Source: Tubulanus polymorphus
Taxonomy: Eukaryota; Animalia; Nemertea
Direction of reading: 5' to 3'
Length of the DNA stretch: 64,000 bases
Assembly: GCF_964204645.1 (NCBI RefSeq)
Contig: NC_134032.1
Coordinates: 5,320,275 to 5,384,274 of the forward strand
Program-made: the position numbers and the translations under genes
The notes under the pieces: model-generated
What the model saw: the letters and a program-made list of their open reading frames with translations, nothing else
Database searches by the model: none
Told to the model about the DNA's origin: nothing
Part shown: in pieces, positions 37,969 through 51,636 of the stretch
Layout of the letters: each line of letters begins with the position of its first letter
Numbering within the stretch: the stretch's first letter is position 1

Positions 37969-40381
37969 TGTTTTTATACTTACATCTTCGGTGTACTTTC
38001 TCACTTCAATGCATAAATGTATTCAAGATGTATTGTTTTTTTACATTGTCAGTGTACTGTTGACTTGAATGTATGTATGTATGACTTGAATGTATGGTTG
38101 TATTCTATGTGTATGTTTTTAGATGCCCCAAAAGACATGTGTACTTTAAGATCATGTAGATCAAATTGAATCGGTAACTTTTCGGGTTTTGAGTTTTCAT
38201 TTTGTGTTCTCAGAGGTTTGAGAAAGCTGTCAACGTTTCATGTACTAGTTTTATAATTCTGAAATCACGTGAAGATATTGCAACATGGTTGATGGGGAAA
38301 TATTAAATTACTGGCATACTCCAGTGAGTATTTTATACTATTTGCAGTGTTAATTTAGTAGATTATGGTGTAATAACATAAGAGAATATTCCGTAATATA
38401 AGAGTATAACATAAATCAGTGAAATAGAGAAGTAATTCCATTAAATTAAGGCGAAATATTATGATGCAAGATAAAGGTTTATTTTGTATTGCGCAATCTA
38501 GAAATAGCTCAGATATTATAAGTTTGTATTATCGGTTTACAGATTTGAATCGTCCAAAATCCGTTGAATAAAGAAACATCAATTTGATATCCGGAGTTTG
38601 TTATTTGTCGGACGTATTCAAAAGCCACCACTCGAAACCCCATCGAGCCACAAATGATCTTCAACCTTGTAATTATAGCTATTTCCAAAATCTCGATGTA
38701 TTAATTAGGCAGCCAAGAAAATTCACCCCAATCAGTCGCTTGCCGGTTCAGACTGACTGAAGATTGTTTCGAATGAACCGGAACCGAATTTCCCAATTAT
38801 GTTCTTCGATTTAAACAAAAAATTCTGTAAACTCGACCTCCGATCACACAACTATATCTGTACTTCGATTTCCGATTTCGAAATTAAACCCCCTGTTTCG
38901 CTCACGGCAGGTGTGGTGGGTTTGTTAGGGACACTCAATCGAAAAATCAAACGAATTTTACCAACCAAATAAATAACAGGGACAATCCCTATTTTAAGAT
39001 AAAAAAATATGTAAATCAAAAAATAATCTAAAACCAATTGCTTAAATGATGTGTTTTGGTTTTGCATCAGTGTCTTTGTACACTATAGCTAGGTAAACGT
39101 TGAAGTTACTGGTATTGCTGTTAGCATTTATGTTGACAAAACTATAATGGTATCCCCTAACTATTTTCTAATGTACATGTACTAGAAGTTAAGCTAGAAT
39201 AATTTTGGAGCTTGGTGCATTATTTGCCACGGATAACTTTGTAGATCATTGTGCTGTATTATGAGAATAAGTTGGTATTATTGCATTCACAATTAATTAT
39301 GATTAAAATTAATTACAATTTATTAATATTGGTATTATTGCAATCACAGAGGTACTTTTATTTCACTGCTTTTGTGGCTGTTGTGGCGTGAGTACCTGGG
39401 AACTAAAACGTGGGAAGGGTACTTTCTTCATGACTTCCTAGAGGCAGTGGTTTAATTTTTACCACTAGAAACTTGTTTCATAAAAACATTCTGTCAACTA
39501 TATGATGTCTAGATAATCTTATCTTATGTTTATACGAAAAAGTGAATTATTAAAACAAATTGATTCCATTCATATTATATATTTCTCTAGTTATTCAATC
39601 AATCAGGAGCCTAGTTCCATAGATGTGAGTTATGATTCGACTAATTTTAACCCACAACTATGCAACAGGATCACAGTGTAACAATTGTCGTCTTGGAGTA
39701 TTCTAATGGTAATATAAGAGGTAATCGCCGCTGAAGTAGGGGACGTTCCGGGTCTTGAACCGGGAAAAAAGATAACACACGACTCACCAGGCCAAGGGAT
39801 TCTTTTAACATTTATTAATACCAATACAAATACACTATATTACAATACAATTACAGGCGGGAGTTACACCGTTACACCACTCCCCCTAACAATGAGTACT
39901 GAACTACGGTTCAGTACCAAAATTAACTTTCACGACGCAATAACAGTCCAATACCGGTATGCCGAGCTCCCATCGCAAAATGATGACGATCGATAACACC
40001 CATGGTTCGCATGGTACACAAGAGTCAGATTATTCACATATTTACATTTCCGCTAAATCCATTCCTGAAGTACGAGGTAGACTAGGGTTCACCGCTGGGG
40101 GGGTAGATGGCTGGCCATTTACCGATATCTGGTGTTGGCCCCGCCATCCCCATACCTACTCACGTGACGGAACTTGCGGTCTATATACACATGATAGTCT
40201 ATATACAAGTGATGGTTTATATACAACGATTCTCCGAAGTAGCGCTGAAAAAGTAAAAGAGAAGAGGCCAGCAGAAAAAGTTCTAACACACAGAACCAGG
40301 ACTGAGGCAGGGATGCACGAGTCAAAAGGCCATGTTTTGTAGGGTGGGTATTGACCATAGTAAGGTGACCCACCTACAAAT

Positions 40382-41137
40382 TTAGGACTCTAAATGACTC
40401 TTGACGGAGGCAATAATATGACGGGCTACTTCGTTGACTGCCTTCGGTCGATAATGGATCCCTCTGTAGTCGTGGTCTGGAAGGTCCGGATGTTCGATGG
40501 TGCGGAACCCGGCCTTCTCGAAATGTACATTGATGCGGTCAATCGGGATGACCGTCTCACGCTTGCCTCTCATACACGGGGCTTTTGGGACACGAAGGTG
40601 GAAAATTGGGACAAGGGGATATTTTCGCTGTATAAGGTTGGCCAGGCTATATATCTCCTTGACCGTATCACCGAATTCCCGCACGTGATTCACCCCGTTG
40701 TTAACGACAACAGCTGAACAGCTGACGCTCATCAGTCGTATGGATGGCCGTGACCGCTTGGCTGACGCCAGGAAAGCCTTGACGCTAGCAACTACTGAAC
40801 CAGCAACCATATCACCTGGTTGGTACAGATGGCGCTCACATGAACTTACCAAAGCACTGAAGTCCGGAGTCCATTCGGGCTCAGTCCTTTTCGTGTAGCT
40901 TTGTACATATTTTCGCACATCGTGCACAGCGGCCTTCTTCAGGTCTCGTGTTTCTTCGTTCAACGTATCCAACTGAAGCACTTTAGACATTTTAGCAGCT
41001 AAAAACAGAAGGAAAGAGAGAAAAACGTTAAGTTGGCCGGAGGGCAGAGAGTTTAACCGGTGAGGTGTTCTCTGTCTCGCAGCAATTTTCGCGCTTTCTT
41101 CAGCCACAGATCTTTCTTCTCCCGGATTCTGGACCAT
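40382..41137 (-). CDS. Extra Gypsy ORF downstream of integrase, SGNH hydrolase-like
   Basis: Open 251-aa frame with VAGSVV, VVVNNGVNH and DYRGIHY, resembling SGNH blocks I, III and V. Confidence 0.55.
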   Translation of the reverse strand: MVQNPGEERSVAEESAKIAARQRTPHRLNSLPSGQLNVFLSFLLFLAAKMSKVLQLDTLNEETRDLKKAAVHDVRKYVQSYTKRTEPEWTPDFSALVSSCERHLYQPGDMVAGSVVASVKAFLASAKRSRPSIRLMSVSCSAVVVNNGVNHVREFGDTVKEIYSLANLIQRKYPLVPIFHLRVPKAPCMRGKRETVIPIDRINVHFEKAGFRTIEHPDLPDHDYRGIHYRPKAVNEVARHIIASVKSHLES

Positions 41138-43815
41138 CGCTGACAGCAGGTGGTACAGTCGCCATTAACTGCTGTACTGGTTGCCGGTATGGGGCAATGA
41201 CGAACAAAGTCCCTGAATCGGGCTGGCTCTTTCAATGCTCTCCTCGGGCGCAGACGACCAGACTGATCTCCGTTGTCGGCCGGTGCATGCAGCTGGGCAT
41301 TTTCCAATAGCTGACCCGCTGGGGGATCGACTTCCGGATCGACTTCTGCCTCCGCTTCGATTGGTGTGGCGTCATTGGGTGGTACTGCCACAATCCGCTC
41401 GTTTGGGCGCCTCCAGACAATCTCCTCGTCATCGCTCCTTCAGGGGCAGGTTCAATCTCAGGGGCAGGTTGGGGTTCAACTGTCCTCTTTCTAGTTCTGG
41501 CGGGGACAGCCTTCTTGACGTTGGTATGCGGCTGGCCAAACGCTGGCTTCATATCAAATATCATTGAAGTGGACAGTCTTTTGCTTTGGGGGACCCCCCT
41601 CCAGTCTGACCCGATACGTCACCTCCGACAGTTTCTCAATAATAATGAAGGGGCCCTTCCACTTCTTATGGAATTTTGCCGCCTCCCCTGGCTTAATGGC
41701 ATGACTATAGAGCCATACCCGATCCCCAACGTTATACCCATCCCGCCTAGCAAATCTGATGTAATTGACAGTCTGACGCCGCTGAGCCTTACCCAGTCTC
41801 TCCCTGACTCTTTGGTGCGCCTCCTGTAAGTTTGAGTGTACATCACGGCTAAACTTAGTGATCTACACTTGCTCTTCTGGTGGTCCAACCATGATATCTA
41901 GAGGCAAGACCATCTCTGAACCGAAAGTCAGGTAGAATGGGGTTTCGCCGGAGGATTCCTGGACACTAGAACGAAATGCCATCAGGCATGATGACAGTTC
42001 GGTGTCCCAGTCAGTGCCAGTTTCATTCACGGATATGGTCAGCATGGCCTTGGTGGATTTATTAAAGTTTTCCACCTAACCATTCCCCATCGGGTGATAC
42101 GAGGTGGTACGCGTCTTATCGATACCCAACAGTCGAAACATTTCTGTAAAAACCTTGGACTCGAAGTTGGCACCCAGGTCCGAGTGAATGTTTTCTGGGC
42201 AGCCATATCTCGTGACCCATTCATCCACGACTTTCCGAGCCACAGTGGGGGCCTTCTCATTCCGTACTGGCCATGCCTCGACCCACTTAGTGAAAGCGTC
42301 CTGGACAACAATAATGTAAGTGTTGCCGGATTTAGTACGCTGTAGGGGGCCCACTATGTCAATGTGCAACCTCTGCCCTCTACGACCCACTGGTGTTGAC
42401 ACCAAAGGTGCCTTCGGTCGCTTGGGCGGATTTTTGCATATTTGACATTTCTGGCACTGTTGAATATACTCATGGACAGCTCTTGTCAGACCTGGACACC
42501 AGAATCGTTCCCGCATCTTCCGCTCTGTCTTAGTGCGCCCTAAGTGCCTGCCGGAGATACCGCCATGAAGGTGTGACAAAACCTTAGGCAGTAACACGTA
42601 AGGCAGAACAACACGCGTTTTTCGAAAGTCTGGATCCAGGGGAGGGTCTCAAAAATAAAACGTCCTTGTCAATCATTAGGCGCTCATATTCACCAAGAAA
42701 CATTCTGGTTTTGGTGCTAAATTGGCGCATCACATCGGCACTTTGTTTAATCTGTTGTCGATGGACCAGGTCCTTGACTACAGATATGTCGGGGTCCTCG
42801 TCCTGTAACCGGGCTATGTCCACTGTCGACAAGCCTGCATGATCACTACCCACACCCACCGCCGAAACCTGATATTTTGGGGTGCCGGTCTGACGACAGC
42901 TTTGGCAGTCTCAATGACGCTTCAGTCGTTTAGGGATGCGGGACAACGCGTCCGCATTTAGGTGGATACGCCCGGGCCGGTGCTCAATATCAAAGTCATA
43001 CTCGGCCAATCGTTCGTTCCAGCGGGCAACTTGTCCAGACTGAATGTTTGAAGACCGGAGCCATTTAAGTGCTGCATGGTCAGTGCGCACCAAGAATTTC
43101 AGGCCCAACAGGTAATGCCGGAAGTGTTCAATTATATCGACGAGGGCAAGCATCTCTCGCCTGGTGGCACAGTAATTCTCTTCACCACCCCGTAGTGTGC
43201 TGCCAGCTTACGCGATCACCCGTTCGGACGAGTCTGCCTGCACCTGTGAAAGTACAGCACCAATTGCCCAGTCACTAGCGTCACAGTCAATAATAAATTT
43301 GCCTGCATTTGTCTCGAAATCAGGGAAGGCCAAAACAGGAGGGCTAGTAAGTGCCCTTTTTGTGGCGTCAAATGCTCGCTGTTGCTCTATCCCCCATACA
43401 AAGACATGGCCCTTTTTAGTAAGCTGGTGTAGGGACGACACATTTGGGAATACCCCTCAATAAACTTTGAATAATAGGTCACTAACCCTGTGAAACTGCG
43501 GACCTCTGAAACTGTGGTTGGAACAGGCCAGTTCATAATTTTCTCAACTTTGGACGGGTCAGCCTCCATACCATTCCCACTAACAATATGGCCCAAAAAC
43601 TTCAACCCTCTCCGCAGTAGGTGACATTTTCTGGGTTTCAGTTTAAGGTTTGCAGACCGGAAACATGAGAACACCTCAGCGAGTTTACCAATGTGTGACC
43701 CAACGTCAGCTGAGTGAACAATGACATCATCGAAATATATTAATGCCGTTTTCCACGAGACCTTATCCAGGGCCATAGTCATAAGCCGTGAAAAACAGGC
43801 AGGGGCATTGGTCAG

Positions 43816-44950
43816 CGGTGTTGTCATATCGCGGAAAGACGGAATCGCGGAATTTTCCAAAAACGCGGAATTTCTTCATTTTAACTATAAATAGTAAACG
43901 GGTTTTCCCACGGGGATACCCACTGTCGGACAGGGCATCGGACCCAGGTTTTCAACCACGGGAATTAGTATTTGATAATTTATTATATCGCCAGTCAACA
44001 ACTTAACGATACTGTTCCAAATAATGTAGAACCTATAGGCAATACGTGCTTTGCGAATTCAGTGATACAGAGTATCGCTGCATTAACTGAAGGAATACAA
44101 ATCGATGGTACGTAAACGTAGGATTTGTGATGTCACCATGGGTCATTCTTCAGGACTCAGTTCCGAGTTAAGATTTGACTCTGGTCTCTGGATTTAAAAC
44201 ATTGGAAATGAATTGATTCTAAGTAACTCAGAGTTAACTCACAACTGTGGAACTGGATCGATGTCACACGAAAATAAATATACATTATGTATATTTCATT
44301 CTGGCTTAGGATTGTTGATGCGTGTTGTGTGTCTACATTGTTGTTATAAGCGAATGTGGTTTATCTTTTAGAATTAAATGATATGAAAGATTATAAAATG
44401 GTTTCGTTTTTTTAATGTTTTCTTTGTGACTGCTATAACATATATGTTCCTATGCTGATTATTTGGATCAAAAGAATCTCATTGGTACCGGTACTGGACG
44501 AATTTGACGAAGGAATTTGAACCGGTACTTGTTTGGTCGTAGGATTTCATGTTTGCAACCATCTACAACTACGGTCCGACACCGCGAACGTGCTCAATAT
44601 TTATCTGATAATATTCGTTTCTGAAGATCTCAAAAAGTCGATGAACTTCGATAACCGAAGTTTGCCCAGTAGAAATAGACATTAGGTGCCTGGTCTCTTT
44701 CACCCCACTTGATTCTGACTTCTTTTACAGGTGGCAGCCAGTCAACGGTATCGTAATATAATAATTCCATATAAAATTGCCTGCAAATAATGGGACTCGA
44801 ACCTAACTCGTTGCATCGATCGGTCCGGTGCCCTGTCCGACAATGGGTATCCCCGTGGGAAAACCCGTTTTCTATTTAAAGTAAAAATGAAGAAATTCCG
44901 CGTTTTTGGAAAATTCCGCGATTCCGTCTTTCCGCGATATGACAACACCG
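43816..44950. mobile_element. Non-autonomous Mutator-like element inserted in the Gypsy RT
   Basis: About 125-bp TIRs (CGGTGTTGTCATATCGCGG...). 9-bp TSD ATTGGTCAG/ATTAGTCAG. Removal rejoins MAFGLTN-APACF of RT. Confidence 0.9.
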
Positions 44951-47900
44951 ATTAGTCAGGCCAAACGCCATGACGTTCCACTCCCACAATCGATTCTCCG
45001 TGCAGAACGCTGTCTTTGGTTTATCTCTTTCCCGTCACAAACCATCCCGACGGAATTGTTGTTGTGGGTGTATCTCTGCCTAAAATAAGCAGTAGCTACA
45101 ATTTCGTGTCCAACTGGGATCATGCGAGTCTCGGTCAGGAATAGGCGGCACGCAGTTGGTCGGGAATCCCTGTGTTCCAATGGTATGTCAGACAGGCCAC
45201 AGCTCATATTTGGGTAATCAATCACGCAGTTGTTGTCGCGGAAGAAATCACCACCAAGGAGACAATCCTGTGACAAATCATCTGCAATCACCATTGGAAC
45301 CATAAAACTACAATCCCCCAAACTAAGGCGAACATCGACCGAACCCCTAACCTTAATGTCCTGACCGGTAGCTGTAACCTACTCAAAATCAATCTTGAGC
45401 ATAGTCACACCAGCGCCGGTGTCGAGAAGCGCAGAGATTCTTCCTACACTATTGACTATAGCAGAACAATAGAGGCCAGTGTCACGGATATCTACATTCT
45501 GCACACTTCGAATTAATGGGGTGTGCTCTCGGTTACTGTTTGTGGGTAGGTCTGCTTCGGAGTTCTGGGTGTACTCTGAAGAGGAGCTTTGATTTGACCG
45601 TTAGGATGTGTGCTCTTCCCGAGTTGTAAACCACTTGAGTCCGGGCAGCTACCCAGTGGGTTGTCGTATTCATAATCATTTTCATTTGTACTATAAACAG
45701 GGGTATTTACAACATTTATACAGGTATCTAATTGTCTACGGTGTGGAGGGATATATTTCGGGACTTGGGGCCGATGGTTTAAAAGCGCTTGCCCTGCCCC
45801 TCGAGGAACGCATCTGCCCGTTTCCCTGACTATTAGGACAGTTCCTAGCATAATGTCCGTGCTCAGTGCACGAGTGGCATATCACCGTAGGACATGCACT
45901 AGCCGGGTGGTCTGGCACCCGAAAGCGCCAACAGATGTCAGCCGCCGGATTTCTGGGAGGTTCCGGATTCCTGGAAGGCCTTGTCTGACCTCGACGCTCG
46001 AGATTTTCGATGTGGAGATTTAAACTCTGGACCTGTTTAACCAGTTCCGAAAGCAGCTCGGTCTCGTTGGGCTTTGCCCGGGCTTCATTTACCATCGCAC
46101 GTTTCCCCCTCGAATCATGCTTTTCAGCTATACGCCTAGCCGATTCAAAACCTCTAGCCAGGGACACAGCCTCTGACAAGGTTTTCGGCTGAGAAACGTA
46201 CAACTGTTCCCTAGCTGTTAATGGCAAACTCCAGTCAAAAACTGGTCACGAGCCAGCTCGTCTTGTAGCGTATGTCCAGCGTCTGGATAGGCGTTTTGGG
46301 CTAGCTCCATAAGTGCGTTGGCGAAACGTCCGAGGTTTTCGGGCTGTTTTTGCTCGCGTGCCTTTAGCATGAGTTTGTAATCGCCGGGCGATTTAGTTAG
46401 GGACATACGGTCTTTAATGGATGTCGAGAACTCATAATAGGTCAATTTGTCCGACAAGTGAAGATTTTTGATGGCCAGATATGACTCATGGTCCATATAC
46501 ATTAAGAGGTGATCCTTCTGTACTGAAGGATCAGTTATCCCCATGAGGTAACAGTAACTATCAAATCTCTCGAGCCATACTTTAAGTTGTGACCAGCACT
46601 GTAGGTTTTAGGTACAGGTACCTTGACCTTGGTGTGGTCTCTGGGTCTGGCTGGCTCAGAGGGTGATTCTGACTTAGTGTTTTTAATTTTATCTTCCACA
46701 TACTGTGTCACAGACATGAGGAACTGGTTGACATCGAGATGACTAGCATCTTGTTCGGAATATGTTCCCCAGGCATCGACATTATAAATACAAGTCAGTT
46801 ATTTCAATACAGTCCAATATAATAGAAAAGGTGAACAAAAGTTTTTCGTATACCGGTCTGTGTCTCGCTCTCTGTCTTCCAAGCAATAATAAAATAATAT
46901 GCAAATAAAAATGATTTTTCCCCAAATTTTCTCTCAGTACTAATTCTGATTAAATAAAGAATATGACAAGTTAACGGTTTTAACTGCTATGAGTGTCCGT
47001 TATAAGTCTTTCAAGTATAGTATTTTCTACTAATAATGGTAAGCGTGGTTCGCTCAGACTAGGTTCCCAACGTGGAGCCGCATTAAAAGACCATAAAATA
47101 CACGACAATCGAAATAAAATCCCACTTCGCTGCCACCAGTGTAACAATTGTCGTCTTGGAGTTTCTAATGGTGATATAAGAGGTAATCGCCGCTGAAGTA
47201 GGGGACGTTCCGGGTCTTGAACCGGGACAAAAGATAACACACGACTCACCAGGCCAAGGGATTCTTTTCAAGAGAGGGATAGGTATGCCACCTATCGTTA
47301 ACATTTATTAACACCAATACAAATACACTATATTACAATACAATTACAGGCGGGTACATATTCGAGGTTTGAATATTTTTCAATTTGAACTAACAACAAC
47401 GAAAATCTTGTAAAAAAATAAATATGATTAGCGTTCCCGCGTATAATAATCCATGTTGTTTTTTAAACTAAGTACGTAAAAAGCAAGAGAGATCCCACAA
47501 GGAATTGAGCCAAAGTGAAAGTTCTATATTAAAATGATAATATTTCGAGCAGCGTTTCGGCTAAATGCTATGAGCTATCATCAGGCCTACCGAGATACAT
47601 GTAAAAACAGCCCGCCTCTCTCATCTTTTTTGAGAAACCAGTGTCACGAGAAGCACGCTATCAATTTTAAATGGCTCAATGCATGACTGTCATATATGTA
47701 TCTGTTCCCTTGTGGGTAGTTGTAGCTCATTCGATTTTATTTTCATCGACGCAGTCATGAAAATTACAATAGTGAATCGATGACGTCATTTTCGTGTCAC
47801 CTGTAATAACTCGTTGGTTGGAGTTCAAATTGAAAAATATACAAGAATCTATAAAAATTCCTAATTTACCATTTTTCTGCCGATAGCAGTCACATATTGT

Positions 47901-48619
47901 AGGAAGATGACGCGAAACATTTACGCATAACGAAGTAATACAATTGAAATGTTTACCTGCTGCGTTATTTAATGTACCAAATCTTTTTAAATTTACCAAG
48001 GTCTAGCTGTAAAATGCATGAAATGTAGAAAATCTCGATATCATATTGCAATGTAAATGTATGGGGAATTTGTGAAAATATGTTTAAAAAACATAAATAT
48101 TTAAGAAAAGTTTTTAAAAATTGGGAATTTTGTAACAAAGAAAAAGCGATGCGAAAAAAAGATAAAGTATATACATATACATATTTTTGTCTGTTATTTC
48201 TCTATATTTGGAAAGACTAAAGTGATTTAGTTACATGTGTGTGTAGTTTCGTTGTTTAAAATCTCTTGTGTATACAAAACTTTGGAACCATATTTTTCAA
48301 AAACCTAAAAATTGTTATACCGCGTTTATTGAAAATTTAAAATCATCATCCTACTAAAACGCCATATACTGAAAAATGATAAAACCGGAAATCCCATTTT
48401 CTATTTTTTCATCAAACCTGTTAGTATTTTCCTATTAAAAAAGTCCAAACCATATTTTTTTTAAACTGAAAAATTGTTTAACCTCGTTAACTGGAAATAA
48501 AGAATTCTGCATTATAATCAATGTAAGTTATCGGGAAATGCTTACAACTCGAAATCTAATAAACTGCGGTTTTACATATTCGACACTAAAACACTAAAAT
48601 CACTTAAACACTAACGCAC

Positions 48620-49263
48620 TAGGATGCGCATTATAAGAGTATTTCTATTGATAAATCATCTAAAACTTTGAAAATGCCGGAGGGCTACAACGCTGTATAA
48701 ATTGAGCTTGTCAACACTTTGTATACAATACATAACATTAGAACATGTCCAAGCGCGTGGCATTGAGTCAAGCCCCGTAACCATCTAGTCTCTGATCTTT
48801 CAGTTAACCTCATAATTATTTTAACTAAATTCCGTCCTGCAAACCATAAGCTCCCAATAGAAACTGGCCGATGGAATAATGTAGAGCGTGCTGAAAGAAT
48901 ATGTAAATTGTGTAATAATGGAATTGGGGACGAATTTCATTACCTTTTCAACTGTATATATTTAAATGATAGAAGGGAGTTATACCTAGACAGGAGATTT
49001 TATACGAACCCCCAACATTTTCAGATAAAAATTATTAATGCAAACTAAAGATGTAGCCGAACTCCGTAAACTGTGTATTTTTGTTGGAAGAATTTTGAAA
49101 CTTTTCAATTGATAGCTCACATGAAAATCAATGTGTAATTATGTATCTATCTACTGTGCGTCCTATATATAATGTATTTATTTTTATGTATACTGTATCA
49201 CTCGAATTGTCTTTGTATTAAGACCAAGAGTTTGTCAAATAAAGCAAAAGTAAAGTAAAGTAA
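48620..49263 (+). mobile_element. 3' fragment of an RTE-X-like LINE
   Basis: NHKLPIETGRW..ERICKLC..GDEFHYLFNC, then AATAAA and an (AAAGT)n tail. Confidence 0.85.
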
Positions 49264-49279
49264 TAGTTTTTTCGATTCA

Positions 49280-49765
49280 TCCATGAGATTGTAACGTTAA
49301 TAAATTCGCTTGCGATATGTTAATAGTTATACTAGAGGAATATCTAAAAGCGTCTTTCTTTGGCGTTTTTCCATGCGATCGACTACCAGATATAAACCAG
49401 CGTCCCGCTGGGTTTTATAGTAAACAATGACAATTACGACGAACCGGGTGAACATTGGCTAACTGTATATATAAACGAATACGGAATCGGTTATTTTTGA
49501 TTCGTTCGGGCAACAACCCGGAACTTGTGATGTTAGAAAAATACTTGGATGAAAATTGCATAGATTGGAAATATAATAATAAGATGTATCAAAACGTATT
49601 TTCCGATGTATTTCTGTTATTACGCAATATTTGTACTATTGCACCTATGTCACGGTAACGGTGTACGCGATATTACGAAACTATTGTCAAATAAAACTAA
49701 TGATAATGATTATTTTGTAAAAGAAAAATTTATCGTGAAATATTTTAAGCTTCTATAATAAACTA
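49280..49765 (+). pseudogene. Polinton adenovirus-like cysteine (maturation) protease
   Basis: Across frameshifts: FLGVFPCDRLP, FIVNNDNYDEPGEHWLTVYI, FDSFGQQP, WKYNNKMYQNVFSD. Confidence 0.8.
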
Positions 49766-50454
49766 TTATGTATATGAATTTTGTCGTTTTCTAAATTATA
49801 TTTCTATAAACTCGCCGTAGAAAACCATCTGTTACTAGTCTAGGTTTTCCAAACAGCTTAATCGCGTCAGTCAATCAACAAACAACCAACAAACCCGGAA
49901 TGGGTATACTATAGTTGGTTTGCTCATACTTAATTTCCCCAATCGCGGTTGTGTCTCTGATCTAAATAACTTATTCGGCAGATGCTAACAACGGGTCAAT
50001 GGTTTTTGTTTCTCAATTACTTAATTGCGTAATTTTCATCCTGCATATTCCGTCACATATCATCGAGGGTACTGACCAGATATTTTAGATGGTAGATGCT
50101 AACCATGGGTCAATGGTATTTGTTTCTCAATTACTTAATTACGTTCATAGATGATATATTGTATCAAGGGGGTCTGGCCAACGACAAAATGCTTGATTAT
50201 TATAGAGTAAATCCGAATAAAATGAGACAGATATGAAATATTATATACATTGCAAGTTTATTATTTACTCGTTCATCTAAAAAACATAAATATTTTTTAT
50301 TCCAAAAATATTATACATATACACGGGTTATGGCTTTTATTTATACAATCCGGTAGATGACGAATGAGTCGCTACGTATAAAAATTCGTAAAAGATAGAA
50401 ACTCACTACTTTAGTTAATCCTCTTTTGGTCAGAGCGGTTTTAAATTACTTTAA

Positions 50455-50797
50455 TTATACTTGGGTTATCATTATACCGTATTCAGGTGCTTTCTAACCC
50501 CGCTTGTGTCTTTTGCGCAGTACGGGCATCTGTATTCCTGATTCGAGTGACTCGAATCGTACCAGCACGGTCTCATATTAGCCAGTTCGGATATATCTTC
50601 TGTAAAATTAATGTCTTTCAATTTTTTTCCATTGTTCCAATGTTAGTTTTACGCCGCATCTAGTCGGATTTACGTCGAAAAGCTCATCGTATTTTCGGAT
50701 ATCTACGTAATACGGTGATCGTGACTAGATCCATATATCTTGATAAAGTTCGAACGTAACATTTCGGCTACTATTTTAGTGCTCCAATAACAGACAT
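50455..50797 (-). pseudogene. Second, decayed PC4-like paralog
   Basis: High nucleotide similarity to 51637-51945, with the same TTCCAAGATG start context and duplicated downstream flank. Confidence 0.7.
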
Positions 50798-51636
50798 CTT
50801 GGAAATGATTTGTCCTAAAACTACCCCCTTATTTATGGGTCTAAGTCAGACGACTAATTAGTTGATTAATTCTCATAGTCTAACAGTTTACTCAAAGTAT
50901 TTGAGGATTCTATCACATATAATTAACGGTGTTTTTGATACTCGGGTCTAATATCACCCAGCATATAGGACCATCTGTTCGGTTTTTTCTAAACAATTTA
51001 ATTACCTCAGCGCTATGAGCACTAAAAATGTTCGAATTATTGCTAGTGTAATTGGTTTGAAACCTCACACATAATTTCCCATCTCGGACGTGTCTCCGAT
51101 CTACATCACTTAATTGCCTTCGTCTTCCACATATAATTAATGGTGTTTGGATACTATCGACCCATCTGCTACTAGTCTAGGTAATTGGTTTTGCTCACAC
51201 CTATTTTCACCCAATCGTGGTCATGTATTGATCTAAATCAATTAATTGCCTTCTTTGTCGGTATATGGTATCATGGGTCTGGATAGAAACGAAATGCTAG
51301 ATTAACGTATTGTTAACTCAGAATGAGTCAAAAATGAAATCTTTTATTCAATTAATGTTTTATTTAGTCCTAAAAAACATAAATATTTTTATAAATATTG
51401 TAGATAAACATAGGTCATACACGAAAAAACCATAAATTTCATAAAAGATAGAAACTCACTACTTTAGTTAATCCTCTTTGGTTAGAGCGGATCTTAATGA
51501 AGTCCTGGATTAGTCATTTCGGATACTTATTTCTATCTAAGAGTTTAACGCAAACTAACGTATATAAATTGATGTATTTTTACACATTTTGTTAATCGGT
51601 TATGATATAAATATTATTTAATTAATATCTGTGAAA

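Larger units (their letters stand above)
39677..47358 (-). mobile_element. Gypsy/Ty3 LTR retrotransposon (degenerate)
   Basis: LTRs at 39677-39876 and 47140-47358. PBS TGGTGGCAGCGAAGTGGGAT (tRNA-Leu-like) and PPT AGGGGGAGTGG. gag with zinc knuckles, LLDTGA protease, YFDDVI RT, DASDWAIGAVL RNase H, HHCC and HSDLG integrase. Confidence 0.95.

Noticed and set aside
43788-45088. Repeated ORF starts MLSYRGKTESR / MENSAIPSFR
   Set aside because: Translations of the MULE TIRs.
39672-47363. Target-site duplication for the Gypsy element
   Set aside because: Flanks CACAG and TATTC do not match. The outer end of the LTR at 47358 appears altered, so no TSD is claimed.
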